Positions 38,047-51,440 are shown, numbered from the stretch's first letter. The stretch: DNA of 64,000 bases from Octopus bimaculoides (GCF_001194135.2 NC_068989.1:66207525-66271524), one strand, 5' to 3'. Notes: generated from the sequence alone by a model not told the origin. Numbers and translations are program-made.

Positions 38047-38426
38047 GTGTGTTTGTAGGTATACTGGTTCGTTACTTGTCATAAGATGGTTAACTCTGGA
38101 TAGTGAGTATAGCGTCCATACGATAATTATAATTTAACTTTTAACAAATTTATTGGTGCTTATACAAAATGATGAAATGAATACAACTTTCAAAATAAAA
38201 ATATTAATGACTTCAATATAAAACTAAATAAAACAAATTTCTCATTTATACATTTGCAATAAGTGCACTTTAGTATTTCTCTAAATTTTACCAAAATAAC
38301 TGCAATTTACTCCCTGTCGAAAACATATCGCTTCAAAATTTCGTTTAAAAATTTCTATATTTTTCTGTAAGCTACAAGACACTCATCCTCCACCTGTTTT
38401 GTTAACTCTCTTTATATCAACTTTTG

Positions 38427-38480
<54 letters not shown>

Positions 38481-38920
38481 CTCTCTCGCTTCCTCTCTCT
38501 CTCTCTCTCTATCTCACCTCTCTCTATACGACGTAATATGTATCTAGAGATATCAACCAACTACGTAACCAATAAACATGTATATCGACTATTATTAGAT
38601 ATAGAATTTTTCTCTCATTTATTACGATGTTTTAGAACTTTTCGATTAGTCGCAATGATATTTATTCCTCGATCACAACTCTTGAATTTCTATTTTAATC
38701 AGGTAAGCTCAGAAATTCTTGGTTGCCAGACATCCTTGTACTCGCACATGTGTTTATAGATGTACGGAGAGAAACATATCATCTCTCTCTTCTCTCTCTC
38801 TCTCTCTCTCTCTGTCAGTGACCACTGGTATATATATATATATACATATATATATATACGCACATGTATACCTGTATACCATATTTTCAAATTATTGTTA
38901 TTATTATTATTATTATTATT

Positions 38921-39223
38921 GTTTTTTTTTCTTCTTTCTTCAAATTTTTTCCCATTTCTCGCCGAGTGTTTTCCGTACACCTAGGGCAGAGAAACGTTGT
39001 ATGCATTCCCAATTTACACACGCAAATTCATAGGTAAAACATGCATTTAAGAAAAAAAAAAATCATGAATGGATGTTGTTTTCACAGCGATAATGCTCTT
39101 CTTAGTACATGAGTCGTTCCAGTTAGCACGATTTTTTGCACCTCCTGTAGAGATGGTAAGCCTGGTATCATTTTCAAATAGATTTCAGTACCTTTTTTTA
39201 TCATTCCTAGAGATCCTACAATC

Positions 39224-39227
<4 letters not shown>
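38921..39227 (-). mobile_element. 5'-truncated R4/Dong-type non-LTR retrotransposon 3' end
   Basis: 39225-39082 encodes VIVGSLGMIKKGTEIYLKMIPGLPSLQEVQKIVLTGTTHVLRRALSL*, matching the R4/Dong restriction-like endonuclease C-terminus (GALG..LQK..LLGT.HILR); ~160 bp 3' UTR and poly(A); (TAA)n on both sides. Confidence 0.85.
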
Positions 39228-39256
<29 letters not shown>

Positions 39257-40031
39257 CATTATTATTATTATTACTATTATTATTATTATCCTTATTATTA
39301 TTATTACACACATACACATACATACACACACACACATACATATACACACATGTGCATATACTAGTGCAAGCACGCTACCTTTAAAATACCATGTTTTACA
39401 ATGATCTAATATCATTTTATCATATACTCCATTAGTGTATATGCATAAGTATATATACGGTATGCATGTGGGAATAAGTATGTCAAGACTTACAACACGA
39501 AGGAAGCTCGAACGTCAACAAAGGAAATCGTAAAATGGAGCAAGCTCCAAGCTGAAATGTAATCAAATGCACACATAAAGCAATGAAAATTACTGTCTAA
39601 ATACCCTTCGATACATTATAAATACAGCTAGTATTTGTTACTAAAACACAATATCTTCGTAAATACCGTTATTCTACCTACGTTTGAGTGAAGCGAAAAA
39701 TCAAGCCCATCTCATTCACAGTGATGCAAACCGATCGAGAGAAATGTATTGTTTGTTAATGTATTATAACATGCAGTAATATACTGAAATATTGTTACTT
39801 ACAAAATAATAGTGAAGCGAAGCAAGTCAATATGTAGATATTTAATAGCAATGTAATCTTAGTATCAATTATGTTGAAAAGAACAGCACTAAAAGTACAT
39901 TTACCGTTGTTAAAGCCTCGAAATGTTAATTCTAAGTAGAGCACCGGCAAAGCATGCAACAGTTGGAAATATAAAAATGCAGTCAGCTACATGATAAAAT
40001 ATCACAAAGCAGTTGTTAACGGAACGTGCAT

Positions 40032-40652
40032 TTAATATTGGCTTCAAATTTTGGCACAGACCAATAAATTCGGTGGAGGGGAAAAGTAGATTACATTGAT
40101 CCCAGTGTTCAATTGGTACATATTTTATCGAACCTGAAAGGATGAAAGCAAAGTCAACCTCGGTGGAATTTTAACTCAGAGCATAGAGACGGACGAAATG
40201 CCGCTAAGCATTTTCCCTAGAGTGTTTATGATTTTGCCTTAGCGTGCATTAAATTTTCTTTTCTACTGTACGAACAAGGCTCGAAATTTTGGGGAAGGAG
40301 CCCAGTTGATTAGATCGACCCCATTACGCAACTGCTATTTACCCGAAAGGTAAAGTCGACCTCGGCGCAATTTGAACTCAGAACGTAAAAACAGACGAAA
40401 TACCGCTAAGCATTTCGCCCGGCGTGCTAACGTTTCTGCCAGCTCGCCACCTTAGCCTACATTTAATATTCTTTTCTACTCTACGCACAAGGCCCGAATT
40501 TTTGGTGGAGGTGGGGGCAGTCGATTAGATCGACCCCAGTACGCAAATGGTACTTAATTTATCGACCCCGAAGGGATGAAAAGCAAAAGTCGACCTCGGC
40601 GGAATTTGAACTCAGAGCGTAGAGACAGACGAAATACCGCTAAGCATTTCGA
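40032..40652 (-). mobile_element. Three head-to-tail family B SINEs
   Basis: Copies at about 40032-40240, 40255-40450 and 40466-40652. Confidence 0.9.
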
Positions 40653-40725
40653 TTGCTTTTGTTAACTGAATTCTTTAAACAAGTGCTAAAAATCTTATTA
40701 GTTACATGGTGCACGGTAAGATTGG

Positions 40726-40770
40726 TTTATGAGACACACAACAAAGCCGAAACACCGGTGTCCATAAGAC
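40726..40770 (+). ncRNA. Strongly degenerate minimal hammerhead-like motif
   Basis: tttATGAG..gccGAAAC, palindromic ACACCGGTGT and a GUC triplet; C3 and G5 mutated, stem I poor. Confidence 0.3.
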
Positions 40771-41860
40771 CTCTTACCATAGTGAATTGAGTGTCTTTGG
40801 AACATACATTTGAGTAAGAGGATTATTTATTCCCAAAGAGAAAATGCAACAGCAATTAGCATATTAACGTTGGAATCTGCATTGCATGAATAAATACGTC
40901 AGTTTGATTCTCACAGTTGTCCAAGAAAATTATCAATTTCTACGTACCGCTTCCCCTTCTTTCCGTTTTGCTTTCAACTCCGTGCATTTCCTCCCGGTTT
41001 ATCTGAGTATAGCAACTTTCTCTACAGTGTTACTTTTTTTATGTTCACCCTACAATACTTGGTTTCGTTCCCTTCATTCTCCAGATAGTTTATCCTCTCA
41101 TACCACATCTCTCACATTATTCGTCCCCACCCATCTCTACGAATACTTCTTCCAACTCCAGTACTTTCTTCCGCTTATTTATCCGCAACGTAAGCGATAA
41201 CACAATCTACTTTCTCTGTTCTTTATCTGAAGCAAAAGAGAAAAGAAATCAAACGTCGAGATTTTAAGATTTTTCTCACTTCATAGTCGTTGAACTATCG
41301 AATTATACTAAGAAGTAAATGTTACGGATACCAGATATAAATAGATCACAGAGAATCAAGATGTCTTGCCTTACAGAAACAAATATGCGTAAGTAACAAT
41401 TTAACATGAAGCGTTTCTTTATGTATCAAGTCCTAACACAAGACACTTGAGTCTCTTGCTCAAGGGAACATGACTATCTAATGGATGATTCCATGTAATA
41501 AATTAAAATATTCAAACAGCTCTTCTGTCTCCATACTATTGCATATTTGATGCAATCGCAGTGTTTCCTACATGAAATTTCGGTGCTTTCAATTCGATGC
41601 ATTTCCTTCCGGCTTTTCCTTCTTGTCGGCATCTCTAAATGCGATAACTGATCATAAGGGAAGTAACTCTTGTAATAGTCATAACTACATCACAAATACA
41701 CACGCAATTAAAGGCATTTGTTTACAATTTGCACCAGACTATACATAAGTATATATATATATATATATATATATAATAAAGTAAAGTTGTGGAATACCGT
41801 ACGAGTGGAAATATATATGAAAGAAGGTTTGAAAATGCACTTATTTTTTTAAAAATATTT

Positions 41861-41910
41861 ATTTACTTAACCGGTTTCACTTTTTTAGAAAAAGATTATC
41901 AAAAGTCTTT
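41861..41910 (-). ncRNA. Degenerate minimal type I hammerhead ribozyme (Penelope-like)
   Basis: Minus strand ACUU-UUGAUAA-U-CUUUUU cua AAAAAG-U-GAAA-CCGG-UU-AAGU: 4-bp stem I, 6-bp stem II, palindromic ACCGGU stem III; core substitutions C3U and G8A. Confidence 0.5.
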
Positions 41911-41950
41911 GAGAATAATAAAAAATGTTAAAAAACAGTTCGAGAATTAA

Positions 41951-42079
41951 AATGCATATATACATTCTTTGATGATGAAATATATTTAAAGTATAAAGCT
42001 TTGTATGAACTTTGTATTGTTACATACAAAGCTTTATACTTTAAATATATTTTATCATCAAAGAATGTATATATGCATT
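41951..42079. repeat. 57-bp-arm hairpin palindrome running into a gap
   Basis: 41951-42007 versus 42023-42079: one mismatch, 15-nt spacer. Confidence 0.95.
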
Positions 42080-42805
42080 NNNNNNNNNNNNNNNNNNNNN
42101 NNNNNNNNNNNNNNNNNNNNNNNNNNNNNNNNNNNNNNNNNNNNNNNNNNNNNNNNNNNNNNNNNNNNNNNNNNNNNNNNNNNNNNNNNNNNNNNNNNNN
42201 NNNNNNNNNNNNNNNNNNNNNNNNNNNNNNNNNNNNNNNNNNNNNNNNNNNNNNNNNNNNNNNNNNNNNNNNNNNNNNNNNNNNNNNNNNNNNNNNNNNN
42301 NNNNNNNNNNNNNNNNNNNNNNNNNNNNNNNNNNNNNNNNNNNNNNNNNNNNNNNNNNNNNNNNNNNNNNNNNNNNNNNNNNNNNNNNNNNNNNNNNNNN
42401 NNNNNNNNNNNNNNNNNNNNNNNNNNNNNNNNNNNNNNNNNNNNNNNNNNNNNNNNNNNNNNNNNNNNNNNNNNNNNNNNNNNNNNNNNNNNNNNNNNNN
42501 NNNNNNNNNNNNNNNNNNNNNNNNNNNNNNNNNNNNNNNNNNNNNNNNNNNNNNNNNNNNNNNNNNNNNNNNNNNNNNNNNNNNNNNNNNNNNNNNNNNN
42601 NNNNNNNNNNNNNNNNNNNNNNNNNNNNNNNNNNNNNNNNNNNNNNNNNNNNNNNNNNNNNNNNNNNNNNNNNNNNNNNNNNNNNNNNNNNNNNNNNNNN
42701 NNNNNNNNNNNNNNNNNNNNNNNNNNNNNNNNNNNNNNNNNNNNNNNNNNNNNNNNNNNNNNNNNNNNNNNNNNNNNNNNNNNNNNNNNNNNNNNNNNNN
42801 NNNNN

Positions 42806-42874
<69 letters not shown>

Positions 42875-43098
42875 TATATCTGTTACATCTTTGATATTCT
42901 ATTTAGCCAAAAATGAAGAATGCATCTATGTCCACTCTTGTCCACTGAATTACCAAAAACAGCAAAACGAGATAGAACTACCAAATCAATGATGGCTAAC
43001 TTTCATAAACATGTGTGTGTGTGAGTGTGTGTGTTTGTGTCTGTGTCTATCTGTCTATCTGTCTGTATGTCTGTCTGTCTGTCTGTGTCTGTGTGTGT

Positions 43099-43146
<48 letters not shown>

Positions 43147-44287
43147 GAAAATAATGTTAGTATAGATAGTGCTAAATTGTATGAGAACTTAAACTCCTAT
43201 TTTTTCATCCAGACCCAGCAGTTCGGCATCGAAATTTTGCTATAGGAACAATGTATATCGAGCTTCTATGGAGGTAGTTAGATAGATAAATTCGTTAGGC
43301 TTCAGGCGTACATATTTATATGTAGCACAAAATGTAAATTAGCAAATGAAGAAAAAACACAGAACAGAAGAAAAAGATTATGTAAAAGACTTTACATAAT
43401 CTTTCTCTTCTCTTTTGTTTCTTTTTCCATCATTTTGTAATCTGTATTTTGTGCTCCATGTCATTGTATATTTCAAAACTACAAGTGTATATCTATCTTA
43501 GTACTGATATATATATATATATATATATATATANNNNNNNNNNNNNNNNNNNNNNNNNNNNNNNNNNNNNNNNNNNNNNNNNNNNNNNNNNNNNNNNNNN
43601 NNNNNNNNNNNNNNNNNNNNNNNNNNNNNNNNNNNNNNNNNNNNNNNNNNNNNNNNNNNNNNNNNNNNNNNNNNNNNNNNNNNNNNNNNNNNNNNNNNNN
43701 NNNNNNNNNNNNNNNNNNNNNNNNNNNNNNNNNNNNNNNNNNNNNNNNNNNNNNNNNNNNNNNNNNNNNNNNNNNNNNNNNNNNNNNNNNNNNNNNNNNN
43801 NNNNNNNNNNNNNNNNNNNNNNNNNNNNNNNNNNNNNNNNNNNNNNNNNNNNNNNNNNNNNNNNNNNNNNNNNNNNNNNNNNNNNNNNNNNNNNNNNNNN
43901 NNNNNNNNNNNNNNNNNNNNNNNNNNNNNNNNNNNNNNNNNNNNNNNNNNNNNNNNNNNNNNNNNNNNNNNNNNNNNNNNNNNNNNNNNNNNNNNNNNNN
44001 NNNNNNNNNNNNNNNNNNNNNNNNNNNNNNNNNNNNNNNNNNNNNNNNNNNNNNNNNNNNNNNNNNNNNNNNNNNNNNNNNNNNNNNNNNNNNNNNNNNN
44101 NNNNNNACCTTTTACATATACAGTAACTCACAGACATACACCCCCAAAAGAATTTCAGTAAAATTGCCATTACTCTGATAATATCGAAAAAGATCAAACA
44201 AAATAATAAATATTTTCAAAGATATGAGCGAAATATTAATTTTCAAACGTTACAAAAATATGTACACTCCAAAGGAAATTTGCTATA

Positions 44288-44698
44288 CTCTTTTACTCTT
44301 TTACTTGTTTCAGTCTTTTGACTGTGGCCATGCTGGAGCACCGCCTTTAGTCGAGCAAATCGACCCCAGGACTTATTCTTTGGAAGCCTAGTACTTATTC
44401 TATCGGTCTCTTTTGCCGAACCGCTAAGTTACGGGCACATAAACTCACCAGCATCGGTTGTCAAGCGATGTTGGGGTGGAACAAACACAGACATACAAAC
44501 ACATACACACATACATATATATATACATATATACGACAGGCTTCTTTCAGTTTACGTCTACCAAATCCACTCACAAGGATTTGCTCGGCCCGAGGCTATA
44601 GTAGAAGACACTTGCCCTAGGTGCCACGCAGTGGGACTGAATCCGGGACTATGTGGTTGGTAAGCAAACTACTTACCACACAGCCACTCCTACGCCTA
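44288..44698 (-). mobile_element. SINE family A, young, inserted in the Tc1 left TIR
   Basis: Highly similar to the reverse complement of 14064-14461; removing it restores ttgctatattcaat, matching the right TIR. Confidence 0.92.
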
Positions 44699-44840
44699 TT
44701 CAATTTTTTATCCCCTTTTTTTTAACTAAATTCAGATATTGCTGATAATTTCAATTCTAATAAACTATTTCTTCTGGCGTTTTTGCATCTGCAGGAATTC
44801 TGATTTGTGCAACGTGGTGAAAATCTTCATTGTGAATAAA

Positions 44841-45818
44841 ATGACACCAAAAGGAAAAGAATTGTCTGAAGATTTGAAGAAAATGATTTTTAATTTGCGC
44901 AAGAATGGCTTAGGATACAAGTTAATTAGCAAACAATTACACATTAGCTTAAATATTGTTGCCGAAGCAATTCAGAAGTACAAAGCTACAGGACAGCTAA
45001 GCAATAAACATTATCCACATCGTCCTATTTTAACTGCGCGTGATATTCGCCGCATCCAGCGTTGCGTGATGGACGATAGGCATCGTACCGCTTCTTCTTT
45101 GGCCTAAGAAGTGTCTTCTGTTAGTGGAAAGAGCGTATCCGTCCAAACAGTTCGCTTTAGTTTGAAACGGTGTGGTCTTCATGGATGCATTTCACGTAGT
45201 AAGCCTCTCTTCACTGCAAGACATAAATCAAGTTGTATTTCTTTTGCCGAAACCTATGTGAGTAAGGAGGAGTTTTGGAATAAAATTCTTTTTTCTGACG
45301 AAACTAAAATCAACTTGTTTGGGTCAAATAGCGACAAATACACCGTACATACCGTGAAACATGGCGGCGGAAGTATTATGCTTTTGGGATGCATGAGTGC
45401 GGCTGGTGTGGGAGGACTCACATTTATTGAGAGAACAATGGATTCGAAGCTTTATTGTGACATATTGCAGAAAACAATGTTGAAAAGCATCGAGAAACTA
45501 GGAAGACATTCCATGTTCCAACATGATAATGACCCTAAACACACTTCAAAGATGACGACTAAGTTTTTATCAGATAAAAAGGTAAAGGTATTGCCTTGGC
45601 CTACCATGTCACTGGATTTAAATCCAATAGAACATTTGTGGGGTGTTTTGAAAAGGAGGGTTGAGGAGGAAAAAACCCTGCAATGTAACACAGTTGAAAG
45701 ACAATATTCAGAATGAATGGAGGTTGATATCATTGGTTATATGCGGGAATTTAGTTGACTCTATGCCCAGAAGACTTAATGCAGTCATTGAAAGCAAGGC
45801 AGTCACACCAAATATTGA
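44841..45818 (+). pseudogene. Tc1 DD34E transposase pseudogene
   Basis: MTPKGKELSEDLKK..; FSDETK, TVKHGGG, FQHDNDPKH, WPTMSLDLNPIEHLW (34 residues from D to E); stop at 45105-45107, deletion after GSN, frameshifted C-terminus. Confidence 0.93.
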
Positions 45819-46629
45819 ATATAGCAAATAATCCTTTAGGGTGTACATATTTTTGTATCATTTGAAAATTAATATTTCGTTCATATCTTTGAAAATGTTT
45901 ATTTTGTGTCCAAAATGTGTATATTGTCTGCTTGTATAATATATTTTATACAGTATAAATTTCGTTTGATTTCCTTTCATATCATCAGACTAATGGCAAT
46001 TTTACTGAAATTTTTTAGAGGTGTACAAACTTCTGTGAGATACTGTATGTATATGTGTGTGAGGGGGCTGTATGTGTGAGTATGTATATATCTATGTATG
46101 AATGTATACACAGACACATACGCACTTAAAATGACGCCATAAATCCATGCGTACACATATATATGTCTGAGTGAGTGTGTCTGTGTTTGTGTGTCTGTGT
46201 GAGTGTCTGTGTGTGTGTTGGGGGTGTAGGGATGGCTTTATTTCTTTCTCCCTTTCTCTATTTCTCTCTATGCCTCTCTCTCACTCTCCCTCCTTCACTC
46301 ACTCCCCTCCTTTATCCCTCTCTCTCTCTCTCCCACTCACCCTCTCTTTCTCTCTCTCTCTCTCTCCCTTACATTCCCGTCTCTTATTTAAATTACGTTC
46401 TGTTCAAACACTCCACACCAAAAATACCAGCTCACTGCATTCAATCAACACTTTCAACGTCTTTAAAATATATTCCATTATATTAATCAAATATTTCATC
46501 TCTTCACTGATTTGTGTTGCTTATAATAAATCAAGTTTTCGTTTTAGTTATAATCTTATTTAAATTTGGCTACGAAGGTTACTCTCGTATTCCCAACACC
46601 CGCTGTGAAAGCCAAGGTATTACGTAACG

Positions 46630-46699
<70 letters not shown>

Positions 46700-47125
46700 T
46701 GCATTATGCATGTATATACGTAGGTAGATGTATGTATATAAATGCAAATATATGCATATATATGTGTGTGTGTATATATATATATATATACACATACATA
46801 TGCATGTATGTGTGTGAATGTGTGTGTGTGTGTGTGTGAGAATATATAGACAGATAGAGAGATAGATAGATGGATAGACAGACAGATAGAGAGAGGGGGA
46901 TAGATATGCATGTCGATGTATACGTGTGTATATGTATGCATATATATACAAGTGTATATATGTATATGTATATGTATATATATATACGTCTATACATGTG
47001 TATATATGCATATGTATGTATGCATGTGTGTATTTGTGTATGTATGTATGTATGTATGTATGTATGTATGTATGTATGTATGTATGTATGCATGTATGTA
47101 TGCATGTATGTATGCATGTATGTAT
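46630..47125. repeat. (GATA)n/(TA)n/(TG)n/(TATG)n microsatellite field
   Basis: Directly visible; explains ORFs 46556..47273. Confidence 0.95.
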
Positions 47126-48547
47126 GAATCCATATCCGCGCTCTGCCATTTCTATCAAATTAAACAATACAGAACACAGCCTATTCAAGAGATCTCACTT
47201 CCATTGCTGGTATGTTACTTTTGTATTGTTGTTGTCGCCTTCTCGTCTTTTCTGTGACATTTCCTTAAAATGACATTACTTTAGCCGCTGGAAGCAGATT
47301 AGCTATTCAAAATTCTAATTCTATATATTATCCAGTGCACAAGATCGTACCGACTTAGGACGTTTTGTTACATCTTAATCAAACATACATGCATTACAAA
47401 ATACCGCTTCTTACAGAACCGCTACCCAGTTTCAATACAATTACAGTTGTTTAATTCAGAATAAACAACAATGTTTCAGCGTGCTGTGTTTCCAAGGTTT
47501 GCTTTCATGCAACATAAACATTTTAACGGCTGCATCTCGTTGAATACATACATAAATGCATACATACATACATACATATACATAAATACATACATATACA
47601 TACATATATATACATANNNNNNNNNNNNNNNNNNNNNNNNNNNNNNNNNNNNNNNNNNNNNNNNNNNNNNNNNNNNNNNNNNNNNNNNNNNNNNNNNNNN
47701 NNNNNNNNNNNNNNNNNNNNNNNNNNNNNNNNNNNNNNNNNNNNNNNNNNNNNNNNNNNNNNNNNNNNNNNNNNNNNNNNNNNNNNNNNNNNNNNNNNNN
47801 NNNNNNNNNNNNNNNNNNNNNNNNNNNNNNNNNNNNNNNNNNNNNNNNNNNNNNNNNNNNNNNNNNNNNNNNNNNNNNNNNNNNNNNNNNNNNNNNNNNN
47901 NNNNNNNNNNNNNNNNNNNNNNNNNNNNNNNNNNNNNNNNNNNNNNNNNNNNNNNNNNNNNNNNNNNNNNNNNNNNNNNNNNNNNNNNNNNNNNNNNNNN
48001 NNNNNNNNNNNNNNNNNNNNNNNNNNNNNNNNNNNNNNNNNNNNNNNNNNNNNNNNNNNNNNNNNNNNNNNNNNNNNNNNNNNNNNNNNNNNNNNNNNNN
48101 NNNNNNNNNNNNNNNNNNNNNNNNNNNNNNNNNNNNNNNNNNNNNNNNNNNNNNNNNNNNNNNNNNNNNNNNNNNNNNNNNNNNNNNNNNNNNNNNNNNN
48201 NNNNNNNNNNNNNNNNNNNNNNNNNNNNNNNNNNNNNNNNNNNNNNNNNNNNNNNNNNNNNNNNNNNNNNNNNNNNNNNNNNNNNNNNNNNNNNNNNNNN
48301 NNNNNNNNNNNNNNNNNNNNNNNNNNNNNNNNNNNNNNNNNNNNNNNNNNNNNNNNNNNNNNNNNNNNNNNNNNNNNNNNNNNNNNNNNNNNNNNNNNNN
48401 NNNNNNNNNNNNNNNNNNNNNNNNNNNNNNNNNNNNNNNNNNNNNNNNNNNNNNNNNNNNNNNNNNNNNNNNNNNNNNNNNNNNNNNNNNNNNNNNNNNN
48501 NNNNNNNNNNNNNNNNNNNNNNNNNNNNNNNNNNNNNNNNNNNNNNN

Positions 48548-48603
<56 letters not shown>

Positions 48604-49182
48604 GTGTGTGCGTGTGTGTGTGCGTGTGTGTGTGTGTATAAAGAAATGTATTCCAAAAGTTTCGAAACTTTTTTGAGCAGAGGCAGTTATAACAATACTA
48701 GCTTTTTGTAATTTTCGTACATCATTACCATACTTGTAGTAAGTTGACCTCCCTACTTTTGTTATTCCAGATTGAAGGAGGCGGCTACAAAGCCTCTCTG
48801 AACACAGCCTGTTGAACACAGATGACTTGGCAGAGATGACGTTTGCAGAATGCAGACAAGACATTTCAAAGATCGCTATGCAAGAGAGTTTTGAGCTAAG
48901 TTGGTGGACACAACCGCTATAGAAACTTGTGAAACGCTGTAGGTACTTTACTGATTAAAGAAAGTCAAGAATGACCCGTCTGTTTTTGCCTGTTCCTCTA
49001 ATTGTTGTTTCTCTTGTCTGCGTTTGTGTCATCTATCTGTATTTTCATCAGTATTTGATGAAAGAGCTGTAGGATATCCTAGACTTCCTACAACTCTGCA
49101 TTCGGCTTCCTGAACCCAGTGAGCTAGGTTCCTGTAACGAGCCAACGAAACATTAGGTTGCAAGGCACCGAATCGAATTCTT

Positions 49183-49253
<71 letters not shown>

Positions 49254-51079
49254 CGTGTGCGTGTGTGTGTGTATGTGTGTGTGACGGTGCATGTCTCGGT
49301 AGGTAGAGCATCGGGTTCANNNNNNNNNNNNNNNNNNNNNNNNNNNNNNNNNNNNNNNNNNNNNNNNNNNNNNNNNNNNNNNNNNNNNNNNNNNNNNNNN
49401 NNNNNNNNNNNNNNNNNNNNNNNNNNNNNNNNNNNNNNNNNNNNNNNNNNNNNNNNNNNNNNNNNNNNNNNNNNNNNNNNNNNNNNNNNNNNNNNNNNNN
49501 NNNNNNNNNNNNNNNNNNNNNNNNNNNNNNNNNNNNNNNNNNNNNNNNNNNNNNNNNNNNNNNNNNNNNNNNNNNNNNNNNNNNNNNNNNNNNNNNNNNN
49601 NNNNNNNNNNNNNNNNNNNNNNNNNNNNNNNNNNNNNNNNNNNNNNNNNNNNNNNNNNNNNNNNNNNNNNNNNNNNNNNNNNNNNNNNNNNNNNNNNNNN
49701 NNNNNNNNNNNNNNNNNNNNNNNNNNNNNNNNNNNNNNNNNNNNNNNNNNNNNNNNNNNNNNNNNNNNNNNNNNNNNNNNNNNNNNNNNNNNNNNNNNNN
49801 NNNNNNNNNNNNNNNNNNNNNNNNNNNNNNNNNNNNNNNNNNNNNNNNNNNNNNNNNNNNNNNNNNNNNNNNNNNNNNNNNNNNNNNNNNNNNNNNNNNT
49901 AGTTAAAGAAATCGTTTCTTTTTAATCAGCTTTCGTTATTTTCATGCTCCAAAGTGATTGCAGTATGTTTAGTCGCCAATTTTCTTCTTGCTAAGCAGAA
50001 TCAATATTATTTATAGTGATTCGATTTATTCTGAACAATCTTTGCTTCATTATTTTATTTTTCATTTTTTTCTTTTCTTTTCTTTTCTTTTTCTTCATTT
50101 TTCTTTTCTCTTTTTCTTTTTTTTTTTCTTTTTTCACTCTCTGAGATAATTATCGTAGTTCACTTTCCATCGTCAAAATATTTTCTAGAAGTTTTAACCC
50201 ACTAAAACCAATCGATTTTATCTTATCATTTATCTTTATCAAATTCTAACAGATTATAATTACAAAAGGTCACTGACTATCAGTATCTATTTATTTCTTC
50301 TTTTTCCCCCCTTCTCTTTCTCTCTCTCTCTTTGGAAAACCTTTATCTACTTTATGAGAACAACTTGTGTTGATGTGATGTCAATCAAAACGTGTAAAAG
50401 AAGTAACTATTCAAGGGAATCTATTCTGTCATTTTATTTACTTAATTCTCTATTTTTCGCTGTTCTCAAGTAAAATCGGATTAATTTAAGAATGTACCGT
50501 TTAGTTAAGTCCAAATACATGAGTACTTTCTCTTTTTCCTACTTCCATATGCAATGAAGCAAACTAAAAAGAAAAGCGCCATTCTATTTCTATCAGACAT
50601 GAAACTAAATATATACTTAATACAAAATAATTAAAAATGAAACAGCCGAGAGTTATTTCAATTCGGATGCACACTCTTCATATATTTCTCTTCTTACAAT
50701 GAATTGTTACGCACTTTCTTAATTTTTTCCGTATTTTATAAATGTTTATATTTCATTTTATTGATCAACCTAATTACAAATAACACTGGTAAAAGATTAT
50801 TATAATCTTACGTTAATTCCCTTTTGTATAATTACTTGGTTATTATATTTTTGATTTAATTTTAAAAATTTGTTACAATATATACGGAGCTTAACGATTA
50901 ATATTATATCAAGAAAATTAATTCCCCTAGTAAGAACTCTCATATTTGTTTGATTTTCTTTTGTCTGTTTTATCATCATCATGCACCTTACTTTGCAATC
51001 TAATTCCTACCCTGCGAGAGTAGAAGCGGTTTTCTTGGAGAAAAGAGTCTAAGAATAGTTCCCTCACATCCTTGTCATA

Positions 51080-51440
51080 ACAGAAAAGACTCTGACAGAG
51101 ATGATTTTTTTATCTACCCAGGAAGGATGAAAACATGAGATTGTCCTCGGATGAATTTGAACCCAGAACACCAAGAGTTACCACAAATACAGCAACGTAT
51201 CTATTTCATGGTTTGATCGTTCAGCCAATTAATCACCTTCAGAATTATTTCTAATTTTAACACAAGGTCAACAATTTTCACGAGGGGGTGGGCAGTCGAA
51301 TACACTGACTCCAATGCTACTTATTTAATCGATCTCAAAAAAATGAAAAGCATTCACGACCTCGGCTAAATTTGAACGTAAAGAGTGGCGTAAAAAGCGG
51401 CAACAAATGTCGTTAAGTATTTTATCTAGCGAAACCACCT
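51080..51440 (-). mobile_element. Two old family B SINE copies
   Basis: ggatgaaaa..cctcgg..aatttgaac motif occurs twice. Confidence 0.55.

Larger units (their letters stand above)
44121..46045 (+). mobile_element. Full-length Tc1-family DNA transposon (IR/DR-type long TIRs) with a nested SINE
   Basis: TA flanks at 44119-44120 and 46046-46047; left arm ~44121-44287 (internal deletion) is the reverse complement of right arm ~45822-46045; gtacac-containing outer and inner direct repeats. Confidence 0.9.

Noticed and set aside
48770-48920. Strong acceptor ttttgttattccag with coding-like sequence
   Set aside because: All three frames hit stops within 15 codons of the acceptor.
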